Positions 43,618 to 53,442 of a stretch of DNA of 64,000 nt are shown here, piece by piece. The notes under the pieces were generated by a model that worked only from the letters and a program-made list of their open reading frames with translations, was not told the origin of the DNA and searched no databases. A program made the position numbers and the translations under genes. Within the stretch, counting starts at the first letter, position 1; every line of letters begins with the position of its first letter. Source of the DNA: Alphaproteobacteria bacterium (GTDB taxonomy: Bacteria > Pseudomonadota > Alphaproteobacteria > UBA6615); assembly GCA_039980135.1 (NCBI GenBank), contig JBDXCV010000003.1:1027458-1091457 (forward strand), given 5' to 3'.

Positions 43618-44235
43618 TCAGCCCCTTTCCAGTATTTGGGCGGCGAAGACCCGCAGACGGGCTGCCAGATACTTGTTGTATTCCCCGGCCAGCAGGAATG
43701 CGGTGCCGGGCCAGCGCCACCAACGTGTCAGGTGCACATTCTCCGATGTGACCGGGTCAGGCACGATTTTCACGTCGGGCAGGCGCGAATGAAATTCGAG
43801 CAGGCTGCGCGGCATGTGAAAGTCGGCGGTGACGAGGCGCAGGCTGGTGACGCCGTTCGCGGCGACCCACCCGGCCGCCTCGACGGCATTCTCGCGCGTG
43901 TTGCGGGCGGCTCGGCCCAGGGTGACACAGCAATCCAGGGTGTTGGTTTCAAGCTGTGCGGCCGGGATCACGTCGCGCGGTGCCACATTCGGGCCGACAC
44001 CCGAGATCAGCATCTTCCGTGCCGCAGATTGCGCCAGCAAATTTGTGCCGTGCTCAACCCGGCCGCGGCCGCCGGTCAGGACGACGATGGCATCGGTACG
44101 AAGGGCGTCGTCCCGGTCGCCGCTCAATGCCGGGATGCGCTCGACGAACACGAACAGGCCGAACGCCCAGATGAAGATCAGCAGCCCCGCCAGGATGAAG
44201 ATGCGCCGCCAGCGGCGATGTCGCTTGCGGGCCAT
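43618..44235 (-). CDS. DUF218 (YdcF/ElyC-like) domain protein
   Basis: Start at MARKRHRRWRRIFILAGLL (ATG 44233-44235), overlapping the ftsX stop by 1 nt. N-terminal TM. VVLTGGRGR DUF218 core. Confidence 0.7.
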   Translation of the reverse strand: MARKRHRRWRRIFILAGLLIFIWAFGLFVFVERIPALSGDRDDALRTDAIVVLTGGRGRVEHGTNLLAQSAARKMLISGVGPNVAPRDVIPAAQLETNTLDCCVTLGRAARNTRENAVEAAGWVAANGVTSLRLVTADFHMPRSLLEFHSRLPDVKIVPDPVTSENVHLTRWWRWPGTAFLLAGEYNKYLAARLRVFAAQILERG

Positions 44236-45107
44236 CACGGCATGCGGGCGAGCGCGCGCAGGACGGTCAGTCGTGCCGTGAGCATTGCGATGACCACCGC
44301 ACCGGCAGGGACGATCAGGAGTGCGAGCCATTCGCCGATGGTCAGGGTGACGGGCGGGAGGAAGGCCGCGTCGATGCCGCGCCCGACCCATGCGAAGATC
44401 AACAGGACGATGCCCGCCGCCGCCGCGCCGGCGATTCCGCCACGCAGTGACAATTTCATCGCCTGAATCTGGAATTGCCTCGCGATATAGGTGTCGTGGG
44501 CGCCCATCTGGTGCAGCAATTCGATAATGGCCGCGTGGACCGCCAGGCCGCTACGGGTCGTGAAAATCACCGCGACGATGGCTGCCGAGGCGATCAGCGC
44601 CAGGATGACGAAGGCGAGAATTTCAACGGTCCGGCCCAGGTTGATGAGCGCGGAAAGCCACGCCCGGTGGTCGTCGACGGTCGTGCCGGGGACCAATTGA
44701 GACAGCCGGGCCGCAAGCAGGCCGGCATCGAGGCGGGCACCGGCGGACAGTTCGATGTCGATCAGCGCGGGTATGGGAAGTCCGGAATCCACAACTTCTT
44801 CGCCCAGCCACGGAATGAGCAGCGCGCGCGCTTCGCGTGCCGGAACCGGCCGGACGGCGGCGACGCCGGGCGTCGCGTCAAGCAACGTGACCAAACTCTC
44901 GATTTCCGGACCGGTGGCGGAATCCTGCGGCACCTGGACCGTCATCCGTCCGGTCAGGGTGCTGTCCCAACTGTCGATGGTGTCGGAGACGATCAGCGCG
45001 CCGGCGAACATCAGCGCGCCGAGAAAGACCATCAACGCCACGATCCAGGGAAGGAACCGCGTGGACTGGTCGCGCTCGAACGGCAGGTCGGTCCGATGTC
45101 CGAGCAC
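44235..45107 (-). CDS. ftsX: Cell division ABC transporter permease FtsX-like
   Basis: 290 aa. 4 TM helices with a large periplasmic loop. GTG start overlapping the ftsE stop. Confidence 0.8.
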   Translation of the reverse strand: MLGHRTDLPFERDQSTRFLPWIVALMVFLGALMFAGALIVSDTIDSWDSTLTGRMTVQVPQDSATGPEIESLVTLLDATPGVAAVRPVPAREARALLIPWLGEEVVDSGLPIPALIDIELSAGARLDAGLLAARLSQLVPGTTVDDHRAWLSALINLGRTVEILAFVILALIASAAIVAVIFTTRSGLAVHAAIIELLHQMGAHDTYIARQFQIQAMKLSLRGGIAGAAAAGIVLLIFAWVGRGIDAAFLPPVTLTIGEWLALLIVPAGAVVIAMLTARLTVLRALARMP

Positions 45108-45817
45108 TAGGTTGCTTCCGCGTTGGACGTGCCGCCTGCCGAAGCAGACGACGCCACGGTGTGGCGGACGACCAGCTCGCCATCGTCAAGCTGCAGCACC
45201 GGGTGCCCGAACTCCTCCAGCAGCGCATGGTTATGGGTCGCGATGACGATGGTCGTGCCGGCCTTGTTGAGTTCCTCGAACAGATGCATGAGGCGCACCG
45301 CGATATGGTCGTCCACATTGCCGGTGGGTTCATCGGCCAGCAGGAGGCGTGGCCGGTTGATCACGGCGCGCGCGATGGCCACGCGCTGTTGCTGGCCGCC
45401 GGACAATGTCGACGGGCGGGCATCGAGCCGGTCGCCGAGCCCGACCCAGCGCAGCAGTTCGCGCACATGGGTGTCGATCTCGTTGTGCCGCCCACCGTTG
45501 ACGCGCAGGGGCAAGGCGACATTCTCTACGGCTGTCAGATGGTCGATCAGCCGAAAATCCTGAAACACCACGCCGACGCGCCGACGCAGCGCCGGCAGAT
45601 CGCCGCGCGGGGTCACGGATATGTCCTTGTCGAACAGGTGGACCAGTCCGCGCGTGGGACGCAAGGCGAGATACATCAGCTTGAGCAAGGTGGTCTTGCC
45701 GGCGCCGCTGGATCCGGTCAGGAAATGGAACGATCCCGGCGCGAGCGCGAAGCTGACATCGCGCAAAACCTCCGGCCCGATGCCGTAGCGCATTCCGACA
45801 TTTTCGAAGCGCAACAC
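45107..45817 (-). CDS. ftsE: Cell division ATP-binding protein FtsE
   Basis: 236 aa. Walker [13 protein letters not shown] signature LSGGQQQR. Walker [10 protein letters not shown]. Confidence 0.9.
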   Translation of the reverse strand: MLRFENVGMRYGIGPEVLRDVSFALAPGSFHFLTGSSGAGKTTLLKLMYLALRPTRGLVHLFDKDISVTPRGDLPALRRRVGVVFQDFRLIDHLTAVENVALPLRVNGGRHNEIDTHVRELLRWVGLGDRLDARPSTLSGGQQQRVAIARAVINRPRLLLADEPTGNVDDHIAVRLMHLFEELNKAGTTIVIATHNHALLEEFGHPVLQLDDGELVVRHTVASSASAGGTSNAEAT

Positions 45818-46019
45818 GAAAAGGCGCCTCCGGTTGGGACGGGGGGACCGGGAAATATGCAGATTTCGACTCGGCCCTGTTCACCGATCACGTTGGCATG
45901 ATGGCACCCGGGGGTAAAGCCATGGGGCGGCGGGCAAATACGGATTCGCGATCCGCGTCTGTGAATCGTTTATACTCGGTCTTCAATGTTGATTTACCTG
46001 TGACGGCGATAACCAGACG

Positions 46020-46682
46020 ATGATCCTGAGTTGCCCCGACTGCCACACGCGATTTGCGATCGACGCGGCGCATCTAGCGCCCGATGGCCGACGCGTGAAA
46101 TGCGGCAAGTGTGCCCATGTCTGGTACGAATCGATGCCGGAAGCGGAAGAAGAATCGCCGATTCCCATTGAAGTGACCCCCTATGACCCGGAAGAGGAGT
46201 CCGGGGGCGGCCGGCGCAACGTGCCGGCCCTCCGCCAACTCCGGCCCGGCCGCGGCGCGCGCACGGCCTGGATGGTGTCGGCAGTGCTGCTGGTGGCGAT
46301 TCTGGCCGTTCTCTGGTTTGGCCGCGGGCCGATCGCGCTCGCAGTGCCGCAGGCCGAGGCGTTGTATGCGAGCGTCGGTATCGACGCCTTCCCGCCGCCG
46401 GGGGAAGGGCTTGAAGTGGAGTTCAACGTCTCTGCCGAGGATGGCAAGCTGGCGCTGAAGGGCGAAGTGATCAATGTCGCCAACGGCGTGCGTGACATTC
46501 CCGTGCTCTATGTCCTGATTTCGGATGGCGAGAAAAACACCCTCAAGACATGGTCCTTCACAATCGACACACGGCGTCTCGGCCCCGGTGAACGGGCTTC
46601 GTTTACCTCGCAGACCGGGGAAATACCGGCGAATGCGGCAAACGTTAGTGTTTTGTTTACCAATCCCGACGAAAATCCCTGA
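46020..46682 (+). CDS. MJ0042-type zinc-ribbon protein with TM segment and DUF3426-like C-terminal domain
   Basis: N-terminal CPDC...CGKC zinc ribbon, acidic linker, one TM helix (AWMVSAVLLVAILAVLWF), periplasmic C-terminal domain. Confidence 0.65.
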   Translation: MILSCPDCHTRFAIDAAHLAPDGRRVKCGKCAHVWYESMPEAEEESPIPIEVTPYDPEEESGGGRRNVPALRQLRPGRGARTAWMVSAVLLVAILAVLWFGRGPIALAVPQAEALYASVGIDAFPPPGEGLEVEFNVSAEDGKLALKGEVINVANGVRDIPVLYVLISDGEKNTLKTWSFTIDTRRLGPGERASFTSQTGEIPANAANVSVLFTNPDENP

Positions 46683-46743
46683 CACGTGATCGTCACTCCC
46701 TCCGCCGTCGCGGAGCCTGCCCTGGTGATAGACGATCCAATTC

Positions 46744-46768
46744 CTTGCCCGTGGCGAAGACGGGCAAG
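46744..46768. other. Perfect 9-bp stem hairpin CTTGCCCGT ggcgaag ACGGGCAAG between the zinc-ribbon gene and cpdR
   Basis: Seen directly. No U-tract follows. Possible attenuator or protein-binding site. Confidence 0.3.
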
Positions 46769-46827
46769 ATCGGGGAGGACATCGCAGGCATCGACATGTC
46801 CGTGATGATGAGGGGGTGGAGACAAAA

Positions 46828-47217
46828 ATGGCACGAGTTCTGATAGCTGAAGATGACGGTGCGGTGCGCGAGTTTGTGCGCCGCGCGCTGGTCCATGGCG
46901 GGCATGAGGTGGCGACGGCCAATGACGGTCTCGACGCGCTCGATACGCTGGACGTGGACGAGAATTTCGATTTGCTCATCACCGACATCGTGATGCCGGG
47001 TCTGGATGGCATCGCCCTGGCGCTGAAGGTTGCCAAGGAGCATCCGAAGACGGCCATCCTGATGATGACCGGATATGCCGCCGAACGGCAGCGCGCCCAT
47101 AATCTCGAAGAGCTTATCCACGAGGTGATCGCCAAGCCGTTCAGTCTGAAGCAGATATGCGATGCCGCGGAAGAAGCGATGTCGCAAAGAGGATCGCGAA
47201 GCCGCACGACGCACTGA
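46828..47217 (+). CDS. cpdR: Single-domain response regulator, CpdR-like
   Basis: MARVLIAEDDGAVREF...DLLITDIVMPGLDG...ILMMTGY receiver domain. GGGGGTGGAG RBS. Typical alphaproteobacterial CpdR length and tail. Confidence 0.75.
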   Translation: MARVLIAEDDGAVREFVRRALVHGGHEVATANDGLDALDTLDVDENFDLLITDIVMPGLDGIALALKVAKEHPKTAILMMTGYAAERQRAHNLEELIHEVIAKPFSLKQICDAAEEAMSQRGSRSRTTH

Positions 47218-47252
47218 ACGGGCGCCGCGACGGCACACCGGCCCTCTGGTTC

Positions 47253-49724
47253 CTAGAAGCGGCGCAACAAGCGTTCGAGATAATTCCGCTCGAGCGTCGG
47301 GCGCGTCTGGTCGAGGGCGCGGCTCCGCAATTCGTCGAGAATCTCCAATGCACGGCGGGCCTGCTCGCCATCGCCGATTCCCTGCCGGCCGCTATCGACC
47401 CCGAACGGCTGATCCTCGTTTTCACCCGGCAGGCGGCGCCCCAGCGGATCGAAGCCTTCCTCGCCGGGTTGGGCGAGCCCCTGTTGTTGCCCCTGGCCCT
47501 GACCGGGGCCCTGGCCGGGTTGTGGCAGCAGTTGGAGCGCCATGCTCTGGGCACCCTGTTGAAGCTCGGCCAGCGCGCGCGCCTGATCGCCCAGCGCGCC
47601 GGAAAGGTCGCCGTCCTGGAGCGCGCCTTCGGCATCGCCCATCGCGTCTTCGGCATTGCCCAGATTCTCGGGTATCTGATCCGTCATCTCGCCGAGCCGG
47701 CGCATGACTTCGCCGAGCTGGCGGCGAATTTCATTCTGCGCCTCGCGCAGGCGCTGGGCCTCTTCCTCGGACAGTCGCTCGCCGCGCTGGTTGCGCTGGA
47801 AGACGTCGTCCTGCAGTTCCTGCTGGCGGCGCACCACGTCCTGAAGATCGCGGAGCATCTCCTGCGCCGGTGAATTGCCCTGCTGCTGGAGCTGGTTGGG
47901 GGCGTCGCGCAGGGCCTGAAGCATCTGCTGCATGCGTTCGAGAAGCTGTTCGACGCTTTCCGCGTCACCGAGGCGTGCCATCTGCTCAAGCTGCCGGAGC
48001 AGTTCCTGGATGGCTTGCTGGTCGATGATATCGAGCTCTTCGCCGGCCTCGGGCAGCAACGACAAGTCCATGCCTTCGAGCGCCTGGGAGAGATTCTGCG
48101 CGAGCGCCTCCAGATACCGGTCGAGCGCGGCCCGCAACTCTTCCATGAGCGCCTGGATTTCCTCGTCGCCGGCGCCATTCTCGATCGCCTGGCGCAACTG
48201 CTCCTGGACGTTGGCGAGCTCGCGCTGGGTCAGCGAAAGCGCCCCGTCTTCCAGCCGCAGCGCCGTGTCCCAGAGTTGCGACAGAATGGGTGTGGTGTCG
48301 CTTGTTGCGGGGGCGTGGACCAGCCGTGACCGGGCGGACATCAACGACAGGAAAACCACGACATCATTGTCGAAACGCTGGGGGAAGCTGCCGATATTGT
48401 GGAGCGAACGTGCCACCTCGCGCCGGCTGTCCGGCGAGAGCGCCAGCACACGCCGCTGTTCGACGATTTCGCGCGCCACGGGGTGGTTGAAGCTGCGTTC
48501 CGGTAGCAGCACCGAAAGCCGGTCCGTCTGTCCGGTCTGGCCGCGGCCGTCGGTCGCGGTGAGGCGCACATCGACTTCGAGGCCCGCCCACGGATGTTCC
48601 GTCAGATCGTGAACGCTCACCGCGCTGCCCTCGCGCGGGTCGGGCCGGGGCCGCGGCAGTTCGATGGCGACCGGCCGGAACGACGGCCCGTCGGCCACGC
48701 CGGGCCAGGTGATCTCGGCCGTGACCCCGACGATCCCGTGATCATCCGTGCCGTCATAGCTGAGCTGCAGGGTGTTGCTGGTCGTTCCCTGGGGAGATTC
48801 GACGAAGGTGATTTCCGGTGCGGTGTCCGGCAGGACGTTAATCCGCCATTCGCCGATCGTCCGTCCCGATGCGTTCACCTGCATCGGTTGCGGCCCGATC
48901 CGGTCGAGTGACGCCTCGGTCCGCCAGCTATTCTCCGAGACCGACGTCAGGTCCTGACTTGTGTCGCCGATTTGCAGGGTCGGTGCGCGGCGTGCGTGGC
49001 TGACCTGTGCCAGAAGGGTGCTGCCGACCGGAACCGTGATTTCACCCCCGCCGCTCGTGTCGGGCGCAGAGGCCGCGCCGGGGTCGGCGCTGGCGAGCAG
49101 GCGCGGCGGCAGGTTGGTGTAGTCAGGCGGCGTGATCCAGAGTTCAAGGCTCGCCGAGGGGCCGCTCGCCAGCCCCTGCAAATCCGGCGAGAAGGCCCGC
49201 GCCAACCGGTTGGACGCATCGCTGCCCGCGGCCACCACGCCGATGATGAGTAGCACCCCGAGCCCGATCCGCAGGGCATAGGGGTCGCGACCGGCCAGAT
49301 TCGGATGCGGCCAGCGCAGATGGATATTGCGCGCGGCCGCGGCCGCCTGTGCCAGATGCAGGCGCCAGAGCCGGTCGGTCTCGGGGTCGATGACGCCGAC
49401 GGCCGGTTTGTCGACCATGACCGTCAACGGGCGATGGGGGAGGTTGGAGTCGGTTTCCAGCCGGCGGGTCGCCTCGGCGCCCGTCGGCGGTACGATTCGG
49501 CGGATGCCGCGCCAGGCCTGCAGGGCAAAAACAATGGCGAAACCCAACAGAAGCAGCCCGTGGAGCCAGCCCGGCAGAGCGGCCGGCCCGCCGAGCAGCG
49601 CGAGGGCGAGAAACAGGCCCGCCACCCCGACGGCAGGCCAGAGCGCCGGCCAGGCGCGTTCCCAGAGCATCGCGGCCCGTGCGATGGCGCGCCGCAGACC
49701 GAGGCGCGCGGGGGCCGCCGTCAT
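47253..49724 (-). CDS. DUF4175 / TIGR02302-type large alphaproteobacterial protein (N-terminal TM helices, long Gln/Glu-rich coiled coil)
   Basis: Start at the internal MTAAPARLGL (ATG 49722-49724). 823 aa. Two to three N-terminal TM segments, a long central region, then an extended E/Q/R/L-rich coiled coil and a GQGPGQGQGQQQG low-complexity stretch. Confidence 0.6.
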   Translation of the reverse strand: MTAAPARLGLRRAIARAAMLWERAWPALWPAVGVAGLFLALALLGGPAALPGWLHGLLLLGFAIVFALQAWRGIRRIVPPTGAEATRRLETDSNLPHRPLTVMVDKPAVGVIDPETDRLWRLHLAQAAAAARNIHLRWPHPNLAGRDPYALRIGLGVLLIIGVVAAGSDASNRLARAFSPDLQGLASGPSASLELWITPPDYTNLPPRLLASADPGAASAPDTSGGGEITVPVGSTLLAQVSHARRAPTLQIGDTSQDLTSVSENSWRTEASLDRIGPQPMQVNASGRTIGEWRINVLPDTAPEITFVESPQGTTSNTLQLSYDGTDDHGIVGVTAEITWPGVADGPSFRPVAIELPRPRPDPREGSAVSVHDLTEHPWAGLEVDVRLTATDGRGQTGQTDRLSVLLPERSFNHPVAREIVEQRRVLALSPDSRREVARSLHNIGSFPQRFDNDVVVFLSLMSARSRLVHAPATSDTTPILSQLWDTALRLEDGALSLTQRELANVQEQLRQAIENGAGDEEIQALMEELRAALDRYLEALAQNLSQALEGMDLSLLPEAGEELDIIDQQAIQELLRQLEQMARLGDAESVEQLLERMQQMLQALRDAPNQLQQQGNSPAQEMLRDLQDVVRRQQELQDDVFQRNQRGERLSEEEAQRLREAQNEIRRQLGEVMRRLGEMTDQIPENLGNAEDAMGDAEGALQDGDLSGALGDQARALAELQQGAQSMALQLLPQPGQGPGQGQGQQQGLAQPGEEGFDPLGRRLPGENEDQPFGVDSGRQGIGDGEQARRALEILDELRSRALDQTRPTLERNYLERLLRRF

Positions 49725-49806
49725 CGACGGTGGGTCGCGGTCCGGGTTCCGGTCGTTCCTGTCGCTCAATTCGGCCCCTGATCCGGCCGTCAATCGGGAC
49801 GGCGCT

Positions 49807-51078
49807 TTACACGGTTTGCCAGTCTGCCAATGTTTCCTGCGCCAGCATTGCGGCGATATCCTGGCGCGCACGTACGACGCTGAAGCCGGCCCCGCGAACG
49901 AGCACTTCGGCGATCAGCGGACGGCTATTGTAGCCTGATGCCATCACGGCGCCATAGGCACCTGCATCGCGGATCACGACAAGTTCACCCGCCGCCAGGG
50001 CCGGTAGATCGCGCTGGGTGGCGAAGGTATCCCCGGTCTCGCACACGGGTCCGACGATATCGTAGCTGTGGGTCGCGTCGCCGGTACCCGATTCACGCAC
50101 CGGCAGCACCTCGTGATGGGCGTCATACATCGCCGGTCGGACCAGGTCGTTCATGGCCGCATCGACGATGGCGAAGCTGCGGGTCTCGGCTTCCTTGATG
50201 TAGATGATTTCCGTCAGCAGGACGCCGGCGGGCCCGGCCAGGTAGCGGCCTGGTTCGAACACGAGCGTGCAGCCCAGGCCGCCCACGGTGTCGGCCACGA
50301 TGGCCGCATAGTCGCGCGGGTCGGGCGGCGCGTACAGGCCGTAGTCGATCCCCAGCCCGCCGCCGAGATCGAGCTTGGTGATGTTGTGGCCGTCCGCGCG
50401 CAGTTCTTCCACCAGCGTGGCGACGCGCGTGAACGCCGTGCGAAAGGGCGTGAGATCCGTCAGCTGGCTGCCGATATGCACCGCCACCGCAATCGGCGCG
50501 ATTCCCGGCAATGTCCCGGCGTGGGCATAAACCTCGCGCGCCCGATCGATGTCGATGCCGAACTTGTCATGGTGGCGCCCGGTCGAAATCTTGTGATGGG
50601 TGTCCGCGTCCACGTCGGGGTTCACGCGTACCGCCACATTGACGCTCGCGGCCGATGCGTCTGCGACCGCCGAGAGCCGTTCGAGCTCGGGGATGGATTC
50701 GACGTTGAACTGGCCGATCCCCGCCGCGATCGCCTGACGCATTTCCTCGCCTGTCTTGCCGACGCCGGAGAACACGATCTCGGCCGGGTCGACACCGGCG
50801 GCCAGCGCGCGGGCGAGCTCGCCACCGGAGACCACGTCGGCGCCCGCGCCGCATGCGGCAAGCGCCCGTACCACGGCCAGGTTCGAGTTGGCCTTCATGG
50901 CGTAGCAGACCCGCGCGTCCAGGCCGGCATCGGCAAGCGCGCCCGCGAAACGCCGATAGGCATCGGTCAGCGCCGTCTCGGAATAGACATAGACGGGCGT
51001 CCCCACGGCCTCGGCGATGCGCGACAGGGGCACGTCCTCGGCATACAGCTCGCCGTCTCTATAGTTGAAGTGGCTCAT
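49807..51078 (-). CDS. lysA: Diaminopimelate decarboxylase
   Basis: 423 aa. PLP-lysine region (YAMKANSN). Fold-III decarboxylase motifs (GGGLGI, EPGR). Confidence 0.9.
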   Translation of the reverse strand: MSHFNYRDGELYAEDVPLSRIAEAVGTPVYVYSETALTDAYRRFAGALADAGLDARVCYAMKANSNLAVVRALAACGAGADVVSGGELARALAAGVDPAEIVFSGVGKTGEEMRQAIAAGIGQFNVESIPELERLSAVADASAASVNVAVRVNPDVDADTHHKISTGRHHDKFGIDIDRAREVYAHAGTLPGIAPIAVAVHIGSQLTDLTPFRTAFTRVATLVEELRADGHNITKLDLGGGLGIDYGLYAPPDPRDYAAIVADTVGGLGCTLVFEPGRYLAGPAGVLLTEIIYIKEAETRSFAIVDAAMNDLVRPAMYDAHHEVLPVRESGTGDATHSYDIVGPVCETGDTFATQRDLPALAAGELVVIRDAGAYGAVMASGYNSRPLIAEVLVRGAGFSVVRARQDIAAMLAQETLADWQTV

Positions 51079-51125
51079 GACTTTGTCTCAAGGCTGACGG
51101 TTTTCGGGCCGTCATCCGGTCGTGT

Positions 51126-51272
51126 TCAGCGGGTCGGATAGGTGCGTGGGTAGGTGACTTCCTCGCCCTCGGGCGGTTTCGGCGGACCCTTCTTGCCACA
51201 CGCGCTCAGCGCCACCGCCAGAACCAGGGCGACGAGAACGTGACGCGATGTCGTTTTTACCAGCCGCTGCAT
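51126..51272 (-). CDS. Small lipoprotein (lipobox LSAC), 48 aa
   Basis: Internal start MQRLVKTTSRHVLVALVLAVALSACGKKGPPKPPEGEE. Upstream ORF extension is Ser/Arg/Pro junk. Sits between argH and lysA, a common position for a tiny lipoprotein. Confidence 0.5.
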   Translation of the reverse strand: MQRLVKTTSRHVLVALVLAVALSACGKKGPPKPPEGEEVTYPRTYPTR

Positions 51273-51273
51273 C

Positions 51274-52695
51274 TCACTCTCCCGCCCGGGACTTGATGAA
51301 CCGCGCCCGCGCTTCGGTGACGGCCGCGCGGACATTGTCCGGCGCGGTGCCCCCGAAGCTGGTCCGGCTGGCGACCGAGGCCTCGACCGTGAGGACATCG
51401 AAGACATCGGCGCTGATCCGCGCGTCCACGCCCTGCATGTCGTCGAGCGAGAGCTCGGCCAGCGTCACACCCTTTTCGTCGGCCAGCGCCACGACGGATC
51501 CTGTGATCGCGTGGGCGTCACGGAACGGTACGCCGGCGGCCCGGACCAGCCAGTCGGCCAGGTCCGTGGCCGTGGAATGGCCCTTGCCCGCCGCGGCGCG
51601 CATGTTTTCCGGCTGGGCTTGCATGTCGCCCACCATGCCGGTGATCGCGGCGAGTGCCAACGCGATGGAATCCGCCGCATCGAAGACCGGTTCCTTGTCT
51701 TCCTGCATGTCCTTGGAGTAGGCCAGCGGCAGGCCCTTCATGACCGTGAGGAGGCCGATCAGCGCGCCGTATACCCGGCCCGTCTTGGCCCGCGACAGTT
51801 CGGCCGCATCCGGATTGCGCTTCTGGGGCATCATCGAGCTGCCGGTCGTGTAGGCATCGCTCAGCGCGATGAACCGGAACCCGTCACTGCACCAGATCAC
51901 CAGCTCTTCGGCGAACCGCGAGACATGGGTCGTGCAGATCGCGGCGGCGGCAAGAAACTCAAGCGCGAAGTCCCGGTCCGACACCGCGTCCAGCGAATTG
52001 GCCATGGGCCGGTCGAAACCGAGGTCCGATGCTGTCGCGGCCCGGTCGATGGGAAAGGACGTCCCGGCGAGGGCGCCCGCACCCAACGGCGACTCGTTCA
52101 GCCGCGCCCGGGCATCCGCGAACCGGCCCCGGTCGCGCCCGAACATCTCCACATAGGCCAGCAGATGATGGCCGAAGGTGACCGGCTGGGCCGTCTGCAG
52201 ATGGGTGAAGCCGGGCATGACGGTGTCGGCATGGGCCTCCGCCTTGTCAATCAGCGCGGCCTGCAGCCCCGCGAGCTGTGCGTCGATCGCATCGATCTCG
52301 TCACGCACCCAAAGCCGGAAATCGGTCGCGACCTGGTCGTTGCGCGAACGCGCGGTGTGCAGCCGCCCGGCCGCATCGCCCACCAGCTCGCGCAGCCGTG
52401 ACTCGATGTTCATATGGATGTCTTCCAGCGCCACCTTGAACTCGAAGCTGCCCGCCGCGAGGTCTCGCGAAATCGTGTCTAGACCGTCGTTAAGGGCCTG
52501 CCCATCTTCAGCGGATAGGATGCCCTGTTCGACAAGCATCCGGGCATGCGCGCGCGACCCGGCAATATCCTGGGCGAAAAAGCGCTGGTCAAAGCCGATG
52601 GACGCATTGATGCGTTCCATGACCTCCGATGGTCCGGAGGTGAATCGGCCACCCCATTGCGCATTGGCTGGCTTGCGTGTGTCGTTTGGGCTCAT
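51274..52695 (-). CDS. argH: Argininosuccinate lyase
   Basis: Start at [18 protein letters not shown] (ATG 52693-52695). 473 aa. Fumarate-lyase signature [12 protein letters not shown]. Confidence 0.9.
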   Translation of the reverse strand: MSPNDTRKPANAQWGGRFTSGPSEVMERINASIGFDQRFFAQDIAGSRAHARMLVEQGILSAEDGQALNDGLDTISRDLAAGSFEFKVALEDIHMNIESRLRELVGDAAGRLHTARSRNDQVATDFRLWVRDEIDAIDAQLAGLQAALIDKAEAHADTVMPGFTHLQTAQPVTFGHHLLAYVEMFGRDRGRFADARARLNESPLGAGALAGTSFPIDRAATASDLGFDRPMANSLDAVSDRDFALEFLAAAAICTTHVSRFAEELVIWCSDGFRFIALSDAYTTGSSMMPQKRNPDAAELSRAKTGRVYGALIGLLTVMKGLPLAYSKDMQEDKEPVFDAADSIALALAAITGMVGDMQAQPENMRAAAGKGHSTATDLADWLVRAAGVPFRDAHAITGSVVALADEKGVTLAELSLDDMQGVDARISADVFDVLTVEASVASRTSFGGTAPDNVRAAVTEARARFIKSRAGE

Positions 52696-52735
52696 GGCTT
52701 TCGGGCTCGCATTACTGGGAGCGACGTTTAACGAT

Positions 52736-53323
52736 ATGATACGCCGGATGAAAGTTTTTCTGTTCACGACCTTCGCCACACTCGCGCTTGTGATCATGGC
52801 ACCATTGGGCCTGCAGACGGGTGCGGCCGCCGATTCCGGGCCCCCGATCGAGGGTCAGGTTCAGAATTACGAGCCGTTGCCGGCCCCTCTGGTGGTCCCC
52901 GATGTGACCGTTCTGGCCCAGAAAGACGGGCCGATCACGCTCGACCGGTTCAAGGGCAAGTTCGTGGTCCTGAACTTCTGGGCGACCTGGTGCGGGCCGT
53001 GTATTCGCGAGCTGCCGTCGCTGGACCGGCTGAATGCCGAGCTGGGCGGCGAGACGGCGCAGGTGGTTCTGATCAGCCAGGATCGCGGCGGTTTCAAGCA
53101 GACCGACCGGTTCCTGAAGAAACTCAAGGTCGATTTTCCGGATAACTTCATCGATGAGCGGCTGAAATTCTCCCGCGCGATCGGGGTGGTGTCCCTGCCG
53201 ACGACCATCCTGATCGGGCCCGACGGCAAGGAATTGGGGCGCCTGGTCGGCTCTGCCGAGTGGGATTCACCCGAAGCCCTCGACCTGGTCAACTGGTACA
53301 GGGACAAGGCTGGCGACAGCTAG
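52736..53323 (+). CDS. tlpA: TlpA-family periplasmic thiol:disulfide oxidoreductase
   Basis: [10 protein letters not shown] signal/anchor. Thioredoxin motif WATWCGPC. Divergent from argH as in Bradyrhizobium tlpA. The track ORF is over-extended upstream. Confidence 0.8.
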   Translation: MIRRMKVFLFTTFATLALVIMAPLGLQTGAAADSGPPIEGQVQNYEPLPAPLVVPDVTVLAQKDGPITLDRFKGKFVVLNFWATWCGPCIRELPSLDRLNAELGGETAQVVLISQDRGGFKQTDRFLKKLKVDFPDNFIDERLKFSRAIGVVSLPTTILIGPDGKELGRLVGSAEWDSPEALDLVNWYRDKAGDS

Positions 53324-53351
53324 GAAGCTTGCCTGGCAAGGCCACCCCAGT

Positions 53352-53433
53352 CGTCATGCCCTGGCTCGACCCGGGCATCTCTTTATCGGCGTGTATGAGA
53401 TGGCCGGATCAAGTCCGGCCATGACGGTGAATG
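53352..53433. repeat. Intergenic double-hairpin repeat element, copy 2
   Basis: CGTCAT-[GCCC tggctcgac CCGGGCAT]-CTC ... GAGATG-[GCCGGA t CAAGT CCGGC]-CATGACGGTGAATG. Same architecture as copy 1 with compensatory stem substitutions. Between convergent tlpA and hbd. Confidence 0.7.
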
Positions 53434-53442
53434 TTTTTCTGC

